Source: the human T2T-CHM13v2.0 reference genome, Homo sapiens
Strand: one strand, 5' to 3'
DNA: 64,000 nucleotides
Assembly: GCF_009914755.1 (NCBI RefSeq)
Contig: NC_060944.1
Part shown: one piece after another, positions 27,731 through 38,945 of the stretch
Layout of the letters: the number at the start of each line of letters is the position of its first letter
How positions within the stretch are numbered: position 1 is the stretch's first letter
Translations under genes and position numbers: made by a program
Notes under the pieces: generated by a model
Seen by the model: only the letters and a program-made list of their open reading frames with translations
Databases searched by the model: none
Told to the model about the DNA's origin: nothing

Positions 27731-27872
27731 GAGACTATTTAATACATGAGACATCCTTGGAATTAATTGCCACATACTCCAGGTCTTTTACAATACTCCA
27801 CAGCCTCCTGGGCTCTGTCACCCACGCAGTTGAGGAGCCTTTTCAAGACTGTGCTCCTAACTGTCTGGCGAC
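27426..27872. repeat. Long inverted repeat: 142-bp arms (27426-27567 and 27731-27872) around a 163-bp TA/TG simple-repeat spacer
   Basis: Reverse complement of the right arm matches the left arm at 135/142 positions with no gaps. Confidence 0.98.
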
Positions 27873-28359
27873 GTATATATATATATGTATGTATATATAC
27901 GTATATATATATGACTATTTTAAAACTCTGTATCATTCCTGCTGTAAGGAAATATATATGAATATGAAGTGTTACTGAATTAAGAGGTGCTTTTTTATTA
28001 TAATGTATTTTCTTAATCAATAGAAATTAAATCTACTTTATACTACTACCATTTATACTACTATTATAAATGGCTAACAATTCATTTTGACATTAAACAT
28101 GGTTCTCATAATCAAAGAAGCTCATAATCAAAGAAGTTGAAAGTTGTTGCTCTAGAACATGGGGAAGGTATCTGAATCATGTTAAGATTGGATCCATGAT
28201 TCGAGCAAGACAGGGCCAGAATGTTTTTAAATAGTCAGAAGAAAGAAATACTCAGATGTTTATTTTATTAGATATTAGATTAGGTTACTAGGGGCAATAG
28301 AGGAACTTTCTTCTATAAACTTTTAAACAGTCCATTTTCTTGTATGGTAGCTTGGTTAG

Positions 28360-28562
28360 ATGTATTCTTCAGTACGAAAGCTAGCAGCCACATGTGGTCA
28401 TTTAAATTTAACCACATATAGTTATTTTAATTAAGAAAATTAAAAATTGAGTTCATCATTTACACCAGTCACAATTCACATGCTCATTAGCTACATGTGG
28501 CTAGAGGGCAGCACATAGAGCATTATCATCATCATAGAAAGTTTTTTTTTTTTACAGTGCTG
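28360..28562. mobile_element. MER3 (hAT-Charlie)
   Basis: AGCCACATGTGG...AGCTACATGTGGCTAG...CATCATAGAAAGTT...ACAGTGCTG. Confidence 0.8.
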
Positions 28563-29315
28563 GGGACAATTGTCATCACTAGGACTGCTCCATGCCACGA
28601 GTAGTACCAACACCACAAAGCTATTCCTAGGGGCTTTGCCCCTGGGGTCCTGGCATGGAATGGAGAAGACAAAGCCTGGTTTACCCTATAAATCGTGGGA
28701 GATTTTTATGGACAGGAGTCCTTAGTGAATGCGTGGAAAAGAAAATTGTTTCCCCATAATCTTCCAGCTCCCCTCCCTTTCATTATGGCCCATATCCCCT
28801 GACAAGCGGCAGGGGTCCATGTGCCAGTTTGAATTAACATTTTATTGTGTGTACAGTAGACATTTATCCCCATTTGGGCTACCTGGTATCTGAATCCTTT
28901 TCCTGAATTTGGGGGCATTCGTCATTGTGTGAAGCTGGGTGGATAAAAGTGTCATTTCTTTTAACTTCCCAAGCAGAAATGCCCACTTTTGTGTTTTTCT
29001 TGATGTCTGCCAGCAAGTAGGCACACTCATGGGACTTCAGGTTTGTCACATCTGGGACTGGGGCTCTGGCGAGATGACTTAGAGAGGCAATGGTTTGGAA
29101 TTCTGCCCATCACTGGTGCGGGCAGGAGGACCATGGTGGCAGGTCCAGAGCCACCTGTGGTGACCAGCACCAACAGTGCAGTAGGTGAAACAGAGTTAGT
29201 TACTGGGAACAAAAGCAATACTAATGGAAACAGCCTTCCCATGAGTATAAGGAGCTGGACTAGTCTCCCTTGTTCTAATGGACATCCTCCTTACGTGGAA
29301 TAATAACAGGACAAT

Positions 29316-29420
29316 TTAATTTTATTTGTTATTGTTAATTTTTTTTAGAGACAGGGTCTTGCTCTGTTGCCCAGGCTGGAGTGCAGTGGCATGACTGCAG
29401 CTCACTGTAACCTCAAACTT
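29316..29420 (-). mobile_element. 5'-truncated AluJ/FLAM fragment
   Basis: AGAGACAGGGTCTTGCTCTGTTGCCCAGGCTGG; TSD ATAACAGGACAATT / ATAACAGGAAAATT. Confidence 0.9.
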
Positions 29421-29749
29421 CATAACAGGAAAATTAAAGAAAAATCAAAAGAAACCACTTAGCTGTAACACAAGGAAGATATGCTGACTTGTTTAATGGA
29501 AAGGAATATACTTTAATGGAAGAATACATATATCAGAATTTCAAACATCCCCCATGGATTTAGTAATGGAGCAACTCCATTTTTTGTTTTTGATAGAGAA
29601 TTGTGTTTATAATTCTGTTTCTTATATGCACCATGTAATCAAAACTGTTGCCTGTGAATAATCACTCTTTTTCTGATTCCTACTTGGCTAGGCTGGTATG
29701 CCTATTTTATTGCTTTTCCAGAACAGATAGACTCACATATTGTTTCACG

Positions 29750-30550
29750 TTATGTTTTGAGTTCTTAAGCATATTGTCTCTTCCTCCTGTGCGCTGATTC
29801 CCACTTTCGTGCACACAGCAGCTGTGTGACCATCTGCATCATCTCGACAGTGCCACAGCTTCCTCCGTAGAATGCTACGGTGTGTCGCCCGTGGAGGGAT
29901 TCCTCATCCCAAGCATGATTTTTATGTGGGTAGGCTGCCCGCCTGTGAGGTGAAGTTTCTGGTGGCCCATTTCTTCATATTTCATGATAATTGGTCAGAG
30001 GCTTGCCTGGCAGTGGAACCATCACCCCAGGGACAGAGGTTGCCTGCTGTCCATCATCACTTATGCTCAGCCCTCAATAGAAAAGAAGTATGGTGTGAAG
30101 CAGCCGCCCAACCAGAGAGACTGGTGGAACAGCCTCCATTTGTATGTAGGTGAGCTACATGATTTGTCCTCACCAACACAATGTGAACAGTCCTGTAGGG
30201 CAAATCTGGGACAAGGCGTCGAAACCCCAGGCTCTATCGTCCTCTTTCCTGTGGTTAGATTCAGATGACTGGGAGGCCTGAGGGGATGGTGAGAGACAGG
30301 ATCAAGTGAACCTGAGTCTAAATCATTGCGTTATGGATGGCTCCTCACTATTCCTATTCAGGAATCCACATGTTCCTGAACAGAAAATCTTTAATAGTCA
30401 TATTTGCCGTCTTTCCCAGTAACAAACTCTATACAATGAAAGATGGAGCATAAATTATGCGAGCAAGAAAGAGAAATGAGGTTCTATTATGTTAACTCTT
30501 TATGTATTTTCAGATTTATTCATTGCAGAGGCTGACATTACCCTTGTACA
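29750..30550 (+). mobile_element. Probable old LTR (MaLR/ERVL-like)
   Basis: 3' end GAGAAATGAGGTTCTATTATGTTAA...TTGCAGAGGCTGACATTACCCTTGTACA resembles MLT1 termini; 5' boundary uncertain. Confidence 0.4.
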
Positions 30551-30802
30551 CCCTCATTCAGCCACATAAATCTCATTATTTCTTTTTATCAGGTATTAGC
30601 TGACATTTTTTCATTTTTCAGTTGCCCATTATGTGGAATCATCTTCTTGCATTGAGTAGTAGCATGGCTTATACAAGAGTATGATTATGGCCTACATACA
30701 TTTCCCTACATATTGCCTAGTGTTGCTTACAGATAGGTCTAAGAGTTAGAGGAAAGCTTAGTGCCTCATTGTAAAAACAATTTGCCAGTTTTGTAAATCA
30801 GC

Positions 30803-31100
30803 TTTTTTTTTTTTTTTTGAGATGGAGTTTTGCTCTGTCACCCGGGTTGGAGTGAAGTGGCATGATCTCGGCTCACTGCAACCTCTGCTCCCTAGGTTCA
30901 AGTGATTCTCTTGCCTCAGCCTCCTGTGTAGCTGGGATTATCGGTGCCTGCCACCATGCCCAGATAATTTTTGTATTTTTAGTAGAGACAGGGTTTCACC
31001 ATGTTTGCCAGGCTGGTCTCGAACTCCTGACCTCAGGTCATCTGCCTGCCTCAGCCTCCCAAATTGCTAGGATTACAGGCATGAGCCACCGCACCTGGCT
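30803..31100 (-). mobile_element. Alu (AluSx-like)
   Basis: Full antisense dimer; TSD GTAAATCAG. Confidence 0.97.
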
Positions 31101-31982
31101 GTAAATCAGAGTTCTGAGTGAGTTTTTAATCCTCTTGGATCACTACAAAGATTGCGGTAACTGAGAATGCAAGTTCAGTGACTAATTTTGCTTCATAAAT
31201 GTATAGAAAATGGTTGATGGTCTTATTAGAAAACATTTCCCAGGCTTAATAGTTCTGTATAGATGATAGAGGTAGCCAATGAAGATGGAAAGAGGGAAAC
31301 AATTATACAAAATCATCTTAGATTACAACAGAAGGAGAAAGTATTTGATACTCATTTAAAAGCAGCAAATGCGGTGGTTCGAGATATACATTTTGCTTTT
31401 GGCATGACATGTAAATGATTGCTTGGCAGAGATGAAGAATTAGGGATTTAATGTTTTTGCTTTTTAGTTTACTGTGTATTAACTAATAACATTTTCTTCT
31501 TCTACAATATGGAAATAGCAACTGTATACCTGTAAGGTTATTAATGGAGGTTTTATGCATGCTGATATATTTGAAATGTTTTTAGTTCTTTAGGAGAAAA
31601 GTGCTTAATAAACAGAAATAACTACTTATGTTAACAGTTTATTTCTGTTGACTTAATATACCTACTTTTTCCTCTTAATAATGCCAGAGCATATTTGGGG
31701 GGGGGCTATAGCTTGAACAAAAATAAGACATTATTAATATCAGCACTTTGTAACCTGAGACAGATGATTTAATCTCTCCTGCCATGTTCTCTGGGGTTTA
31801 AAGGTGCTATTCAGCAAGATTATTATGAACACCAAAAAAAGTCTGCATAAAATAGCTGCTTGGCTGTCACTTCCATATAAGCTATGAAGGCAATGATGAC
31901 AATTAAGTCTAGGACTTGTAGGAACCACATATACTCACTCCTACTGCCTTTGTTCTTCTTCATGTCTGCTCTGCCATTGTAC

Positions 31983-32089
31983 TTTTTTTTTTTTTTTTTG
32001 AGACGGAGTCTTGCTTTGTCTCCCAGGCTGGAGTGCAGTGGCGGGATCTCGGCTCACTGCAAGCTCCACCTCCCGGGTTCATGCCATTC
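31983..32089 (-). mobile_element. AluY-like, heavily 5'-truncated
   Basis: GCAAGCTCCACCTCCCGGGTTCATGCCATTC; TSD CATTGTACTTTT. Confidence 0.93.
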
Positions 32090-32147
32090 CATTGTACTTT
32101 TTAACACATTGGCATATACTCTGTGCTGACTACTCCAGTATGGAGTG

Positions 32148-32625
32148 CTTCTCAAACTTTTTGGTCTAAGACCCTTCTATACTCTTAAGAATTGTTCAGA
32201 GTTCTAAACAGCTTTTTAACATGCAGCTTATATCATAACTATTTGCTATATTAAAAAGTAAAATGGGAACATTTACAAATACTTATTTTAAATAACAGTG
32301 ATAAACCCATTACATGTTAACGTAAGTAAGAATTTTTTAAATGAAGAATTACTGTATTTTTCCAAACAATATATGTTTGGTGAGAAGAATGGCACCATTT
32401 AATATTTTTGCAAATCTCTTAAAGTCTTGCTTAATAAAAGATACGTGAATTCCCTTATTTGCTTCTGCAGTTTATTGAGATATTGAACATGATGAAGGCT
32501 CTGGAAAACTCTTTCAGAGAGTGAGAATAATAAAAGGAAAATAATTTCTTAGTATCATTATGAAAATAATTTTGACCTTTCAGAACCCTGAACTTGTCTT
32601 GAGCACAAAATTTGAGAGTGATTGG
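32148..32625. mobile_element. hAT-Charlie element (MER119/Charlie1-like)
   Basis: TTCTCAAAC / TTTGAGA termini; TTAGTATCATTATGAAAATAATTTTGACCT matches the Charlie1-family subterminal region. Confidence 0.65.
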
Positions 32626-32936
32626 TCTACGTTAAATCCCCGAAGGTTGTCTTTAGAGTATTTCCAGTTTTGCCACATTTACTACTTTGTACTAGAAAAT
32701 CCCTTTCCCATCCAAAATATTAGTAAATAACTATTTCTATCTAGTTAATTCTTATTCAGAGAAATAACTAAGAGGCTAAATTATAATTGTTTAATTTTAG
32801 GCTGCAATTTTCCCATTTATTAATTGCATCTTCAGAATATGCTGGCATCTTAACCCATTTCCCCCATTCTCACAGCTGCTTTTAAGTCATTTTTCTCATT
32901 GATAAGCACTATTATGAGAGCCTCTAAATTGGTCTC

Positions 32937-33438
32937 TGTTCCAGTTGCTATTGCTGTGCAACAAACCACCGTGAAACTAAGTGCTTGAAACAGTAATAAC
33001 CACAAATCTGCAGTTAGGGCAGGGTTTAGCAGAGAAAGCTCATCTCTGCCCCTTATGGCATCAGCTGGGGATATTTTGACTGCATGCCAGAGGATCCACT
33101 TTTGAGATGATTCACCTACATGCCTGGCAAGTTGATGCCAGCAGTTGGCTGGGAGCTAAGAACTAGGGATTTCCGTCATCACCATGTGGGCTCTCAATGG
33201 ACTGCTTGGTCTTCCTCATAGCATGGTGGCTGAGTTGCAAGAGTAAGTTTTCCAAGAGATAGAAGTAAAAGTTGTCACTTTCTTAAGGTCTGGACATGGG
33301 AACTGGTCTAGTGTCACTTCTGCTGGATTATAGTCAAGCAGCCACAAAGCCTAAGTTCAAGGAGTGGGAATACAGACTCCTACCTCTCAACTGGAGAAGT
33401 GTCAAAGAATTTGGGGACCATGTTTTAAAATTACCATA
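32937..33438 (-). mobile_element. MaLR LTR (MLT1K/L-like) inserted in L2
   Basis: CTATTGCTGTGCAACAAACCAC...GAATTTGGGGACCATGTTTTAAAATTACCA. Confidence 0.75.
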
Positions 33439-33439
33439 C

Positions 33440-34030
33440 TCTCTCTGCCTCAGTCCTTCTCACCCGCAAATTGCCCAGTATTTGCATCTTGTCCTCAGAT
33501 TCAATTTCCTAGAACATAGCTCTGTTTGTCCTGTAGCTCCCCATTTTCTACCTAAGAACAAAATTAGTCTTGCATTCAGAACAGTCCATTTATTAGTTTA
33601 CCCTATTCCTTCTTTAGTATACCCTGCGTTTTAGCCCAAATTTATCTGGATTTTTCTTCTTTTGCCTTTGATTATACTTTTTTTCTCTCTTCCCAGAATA
33701 TTATCCCTTTAATCTCTTCACATCCTAACATTCTGTCCTCATAATAAATGCTACCACTCACATGAAGACTTCCTTAAGCTCTCCATCCTTCTGTAGTATG
33801 TCTTTCTGTTACCTCTCATCATACAGTTTAACTGTACCATTTTAAAGACCTCCCAATTTCTGTCTTGTACAATAATATATGTATATTTTATATGCTCTAC
33901 TAGATTTTATGTTCCTTGGAGGAGATCCATATTTTTAAATATAATATTAATCTTTAGTTGCTCTGATATCTTGAGATATATGTAACAAGTGCTTGATTTT
34001 TAAAAAAATGAGTGAATGAAGATATGAATG
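33440..34030 (+). mobile_element. L2 3' fragment
   Basis: Pyrimidine-rich L2 body, CTACTAGATTTTATGTTCCTTGGAGG and a TGAGTGAATGAA end. Confidence 0.55.
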
Positions 34031-35199
34031 AAATTAACAGAGTATGTTTAGACTCACCTAAAAAGCTATTAGAAGTACTATGATTGTTGATTAAAATTGC
34101 TGGTTAGCCGCAAACTAAATAAGTAAAAATTGATGATTTAATTACCAAGCATAAATATTAGACAATATTATTAAAAAGAGATCACATCCAAAATAACAGT
34201 ACAACCATACAAAAGTTTGGAATGACTTTCCTAGAAATGTATGGTAGGAACTAAGTAAGGAAAGCTACAAAACTGAATTGTAGGACATAAAATGAGTTTC
34301 ATATTAGTGGAGAGAGATTCTTTGTTCTTGGAAAGCCAGATTCAGTGTAGTAATACAAAAATATCAGATTTGTTCATTTGAAGTGTACACTCAGTACAAT
34401 TTCTATCAAAACTAGGGAACTTGACAAAATAATTCCAAAGTGCATCTGGAAGTATGAACCTATTAATACTCTCAGAATTACAAGAAATACTTATGAGGGG
34501 CACTTGGCATCTTAGATATTAAAGAATATTTTAAGTCAATGATGATTGAACAATGGTATTGATACAGGGATACATCAATGAGTAAAATATTAAAGAACCT
34601 TGTTTTACATACACATGTATGGTAATTTAGTATATGATAAGATTGGTGTTTCAGATTGGTAGGAAAAAGATTAATTACTCAATAAAAGGTATTGGGACAC
34701 CTGCAAAGTCTTCTGGAAAAATAAAGCAGGGTCTCTACCACACTGCTAATATAGAAATAATTCTAGGGATCAAAATTATACATATAACAAGATAAACTGT
34801 AAATTTATGATAAAAATCTATGGATAAATATTTTTACAATTTATGTGTATGTGGGGAAGTCATCTCTAACTAGAAACCATGAAGGAAAGGATTTAAAAAT
34901 GTGACTACATATACATATGTTTTACATCTTTATTTTTCAAAATGTCAGCAACCATCTCAACTTGTTTGAAGGACAGAGCATATACCGGGAAAACATTTAC
35001 AAACAATATGATCAACAAAGGCTGATATTTCCAAAGTATAAAGAGCTTTTAAAATAAACTCTGACAACCTTATCAGCAAGATGAACATTTAATAAAGTTG
35101 TGGAGTTAAAATAATGAATATGGGGCCGTCAAACATATAAAAAGATGGTCAAATCTGTCAGCAATCAAAAGTGCAAATTAAACCAACAGTGGTATATTA

Positions 35200-35278
35200 T
35201 TAGGTTGGTACAAAAGTAATTGTGGTTTTTTGCATCAAAAGTCATGGCAAAAACCGCAATTACTTTTGCACCAACCTA
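35200..35278. mobile_element. MADE1 (Hsmar1-derived MITE)
   Basis: TTAGGTTGGTACAAAAGTAATTG...CAATTACTTTTGCACCAACCTA palindrome with TA on both sides. Confidence 0.97.
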
Positions 35279-35488
35279 TATTTCTCGGTAACTAAAATGA
35301 CAAATAAAAACAAGCAAAAAGTTCATAATTGATGATGCTGTGGGCAAACAGTGTAGTTTTTTTTCAAACTGCACTGAAGGGCCATATTTTCCCAGTCTGT
35401 TTTTGACAGATATGATTGTAACATACAGTAAAAATAAGTAGCCAGAAATCAAAAATCACAGATATTCGGAATAAAATATCAAATATGA

Positions 35489-35518
35489 CACACATGCACA
35501 CACACACACACACACACA
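35489..35518. repeat. (CA)n microsatellite
   Basis: Read directly. Confidence 0.9.
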
Positions 35519-35944
35519 AAATGTTCATCAGACATAAAATTAACTCTCTCAAAGTGCGTTAAATATTTCTAAATGTTTACTCTCAATTTCTGGACCTATC
35601 TCAGTGGACCAGTCAGGAACATTTTGCAGTCTAGCACCATTCTATGGACCACTCTTAGAATAGCACTCCTTTAATGTGCCAATGGGAACATAAACTGGGT
35701 CAGACTTTGTGAAGGGAAGATTGGCAGTATGTATAAGATTTTAAATGTGCAAACCCTTCTATTTCTAGGAATTTGTTGTAAGGCAAATTGGATAGTTGTG
35801 TAAGATTATTTATCCTAACATCTTTGGTGATAGAGAAAAAGATGAAACCTAAATATCCTCCAGTAGGGTTATTGGTTAAATAGTTATGGTAGTCAGACTG
35901 TGGAATACTATGCGGTCATTAAATAATTAAGCAAATGTATATTC

Positions 35945-36060
35945 ATTTTTTATTATAGAAAATTTCAAATATACACAAAAGTAGAATGAATGCCTAAACC
36001 ATCTCCATATGACCATCACCCAGCTTCAACTGTTACCCAGTCATGGCCAATCTTGTCCCT
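35945..36060 (-). mobile_element. L1MC-like 3' end fragment
   Basis: TTTATTATAGAAAATTTCAAATATACACAAAAGTAGA...CCATCACCCAGCTTCAAC. Confidence 0.7.
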
Positions 36061-36142
36061 GTCCCTTCGATTAGTTGTGTGTTTATTTGTGTGGGAAGAT
36101 TATCTTGACCTTTTGTAAAGAAAAACCAGGTTATAGTGGAGC

Positions 36143-37460
36143 ATTTATTTACTCGTTCAACAATTATGGATTATACTCTTATGTCTGTTGTGGTACTATT
36201 CTAGGAGCTGGGGCTTCAGAAGTGCATTAAAGAAGTAAAAATCTCAGCTTGCAGCTTAAATTCTAGTGGGGAAGATGGAACAACCAACAGTCAAAATTTT
36301 AGCATATTGTTACTGATTATCATTACAGAGAAAAGGGGGAATAGGGAGCAGAGGGTGTGTTGTCATTTTAGAAAAGATTAACAGGGAAGCCTACCCACCC
36401 CGGCCTGAGATGGTGGTCTTTGAGTCAAGGCCCTAAGTTGCTAAGGAAGGATTACATGTCATCTGTGGGGGGCGACCTCCTCAGGCTTTTGGGGGTGGGA
36501 GGTAGCAAATGCCAATGCCATAAGGCAGAGGTGAGCCTGCTGTTTCTGAAGAAGAGCAAGGAAGCCCCGGATTGAACATGAGGAGAGTGCTGGGAGATTG
36601 GGCAGGAGGGTGGCGTAGGGAGGAGGGTCTTATAGTCTTCTGTGTGGACTTCGACTCCTGCTGTAAATGGAATAGGGAGCCTTTGGAGAATTGGGACCCA
36701 AGAGTGCTGGGATGTTACTTTTGAGAAGACTCACGTTGGCTGCTGAGTTCAGAGTACACTGTGAGGGAGCACGTCCAGAAGAAGGAGAATCAGGAGGTTA
36801 TGTTCCTGTGTAATCAAGGGAGATTGGGGGATATTGATTTTAACGAGGTTTGGAGGGATGGAGGTGGTTTGAAGACGTGAGATTCTCGATCTCTTTTGAA
36901 GATAGAGTCAGTAGGATTTGATCATGGATTCCACGTAAGGTATGAGGAAGGAAGAGGTGGTGAAGGGGATTCCAAGGTTTTGTGCCTGGGCAATTGAAAA
37001 GATGGAAGTGCTATTTGCTAGAATGGGGAAGACTGCATTATGAGAGGTTTGAATGGAGAAGATCAGGAGTTGGTTTTGGATATGTAAAATCATGATTCCC
37101 ATTAGGTGTCCAAAATGAAGACAGAACCAGGAGTTAGTTGGATATTAAGAGTCTGGAATTCAGATGGGACTAGGCTGAAGATGTGTAAATGTGGGAGTTG
37201 TGAGTCTGGATGAAGTCACTAGAAAAGTGAATGTGGACAAGAAGCAAAGACAAGACTCAGAGGACTGAGTCTAAGGGCACTTAGAGGGTGGGGAGATAGG
37301 GAAGAATCAGTGTTAGAGATCAGGGATAAAGTGAGCTAATGAAGTAGGAGGAAAACCAAGGGCATATGGCGTCTTAGAATCCACCTGCTGAGTGTTTCAA
37401 GGAGGGAGGATTAATCAGAGGGGCTGTCAAAGAAGATGAGGACTGAAATTTGACTGAACA
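36143..37460 (-). mobile_element. L2a LINE
   Basis: CATTTATTTACTCGTTCAACA start; CCAAGGTTTTGTGCCTGGGCAATTGAAAAGATGGA and GATCAGGAGTTGGTTTTGGA. Confidence 0.85.
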
Positions 37461-37831
37461 GGAGGCTGGTGCAAAAGTTGGATCAGCACAACATGTCAGC
37501 TTGAATTCCTTGCTGAGGTATGAATTGTGAAGCATGGAAATGATGATGATGATAATACTAATTATTATTAAGAATTCAAAAGGAACAAGATCTTCTTTTT
37601 TTTTTTCAAGAATGCCAAATATATTCCCTACCATTAAAATTGGATATAGCAGCCAAAAAAGAAAGAAAAATGAATTAAAATTACTGAAAGACAATTTTAC
37701 ATGTCCTGTCAGATAGTTTAATTTAAATATAAGCTGGTTGATCCAGGTGCAGCTGCCCAAACTTGGAATAACATGGGGGAAAAGCCTAGTGAGAAAGCAA
37801 AGCCAATTGCAGGAGAGAGATACAGAGTGAT

Positions 37832-37856
37832 GAGAGAGAGAGGAAGAGAGAAAACA

Positions 37857-37894
<38 letters not shown>

Positions 37895-37896
37895 GA
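37832..37896. repeat. (GA)n purine-rich repeat
   Basis: Read directly. Confidence 0.9.
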
Positions 37897-38809
37897 AAGG
37901 GGTAGTTGAAGTAGGTTGCATAGGAAAAACCAGGTGCCTGGTAAACTTTATTGAGTCCCAGAAATGTAAGGTGCCCCCCACCAAAAAAAAGTGTTAGCTG
38001 CTCTTAACACTAACTTTAGCCTGAATAGACTTGAAAATGTATACATTTTTCATAGATGAATACTTTCCCTGATACTTAAACAATATAGCACGATCTTCAG
38101 AGCAGAGATGTGAATTTGTATCCCTGGGTCTAAAGTATTGAACATTTATAAAATGGTGTGGCTATAAGAGTACCAGAATTGTGCTGGAGTTTCAGTTTCT
38201 TCTTTAGGCAGTTGATTTGATTAAAACAAAAGAAAACAAAAATAAACAACCAACTCACACTTCTGGTCCTTTCTCTGGAAATTATGAATAAAAATATCAA
38301 TAAAACTTTAAAATAGAATTTTAGCAGTCTCCCTATTTGAGAAGGAGAATCTCACAATTTTCACTGGTAGGCAATTCATGTGGGATTGTAATGCATGAGT
38401 GTGGGAAATAAATAAAATGATTGCTTTTTTTTTTTTCGTAATGGCCTAAAATGATAGCTTCTTGATTTAATAAACCTTTCCCCTACTCCCTACCACCACC
38501 CCTCTGCAACTTACCTACAATACACATATTCTAGTGCTTATCAAATTATAAAAGCTGGGCTCATGAAATAACAGGAGGATTTTTGTTTTCTGATATCAGT
38601 CAAAAATTGTTTGGAAGACAGGCAGAACAAGTTAAAGTGAAAGCCTAATATAGTGAAGGGAAAGATTTGTGTGCCAGCCACAGATGGACTAAGTTCGTTC
38701 TCACATAAATATTATCCTTTTTTTCTTGCCAGGACTGAACTGCAGTCATTGTCTTAATTAACTCAGGGAGTTTTCAGTTACAGCTTCAAAATCTCAGTCT
38801 TCTGGAAAT

Positions 38810-38945
38810 TGTCATCTGGCTTTGTGTTGTCCCTAAGTAGCTGTGTGACCTGGAGGGAGGCACTTAACCAATTCAGGCCTCAGTATTGGGAGTCAAGGGT
38901 ATGGAGGCCCAGTTTAGCTTTCTTCTAGCCCTGATGTTCTGTGAA
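38810..38945 (+). mobile_element. MIR fragment
   Basis: TAGCTGTGTGACCTGGA...CACTTAACC...GGCCTCAGT. Confidence 0.6.

Larger units (their letters stand above)
34045..35940 (+). mobile_element. Old L1 (L1ME-like) ORF2 end and 3' UTR, degenerate
   Basis: AAGCTATTAGAA, GGAACTTGACAAAATAATTCCAAAG, TATGGTAATTTAGTATATGATAA and TGGAATACTATGCGGTCATTAAA. Confidence 0.8.

Noticed and set aside
27523-27775. Two near-identical 69-aa ORFs on opposite strands (MWQLI.RMSHVLNSLIYIY)
   Set aside because: A by-product of the inverted repeat plus microsatellite translation.
27426-27872. Interpretation as a MITE or DNA transposon
   Set aside because: No TSD at the outer ends, no known TIR motif, and the interior is only simple repeat.
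34045-35940. L1 ORF2 as a coding region
   Set aside because: Heavily degenerate, with no ORF in the track in the L1 sense orientation.
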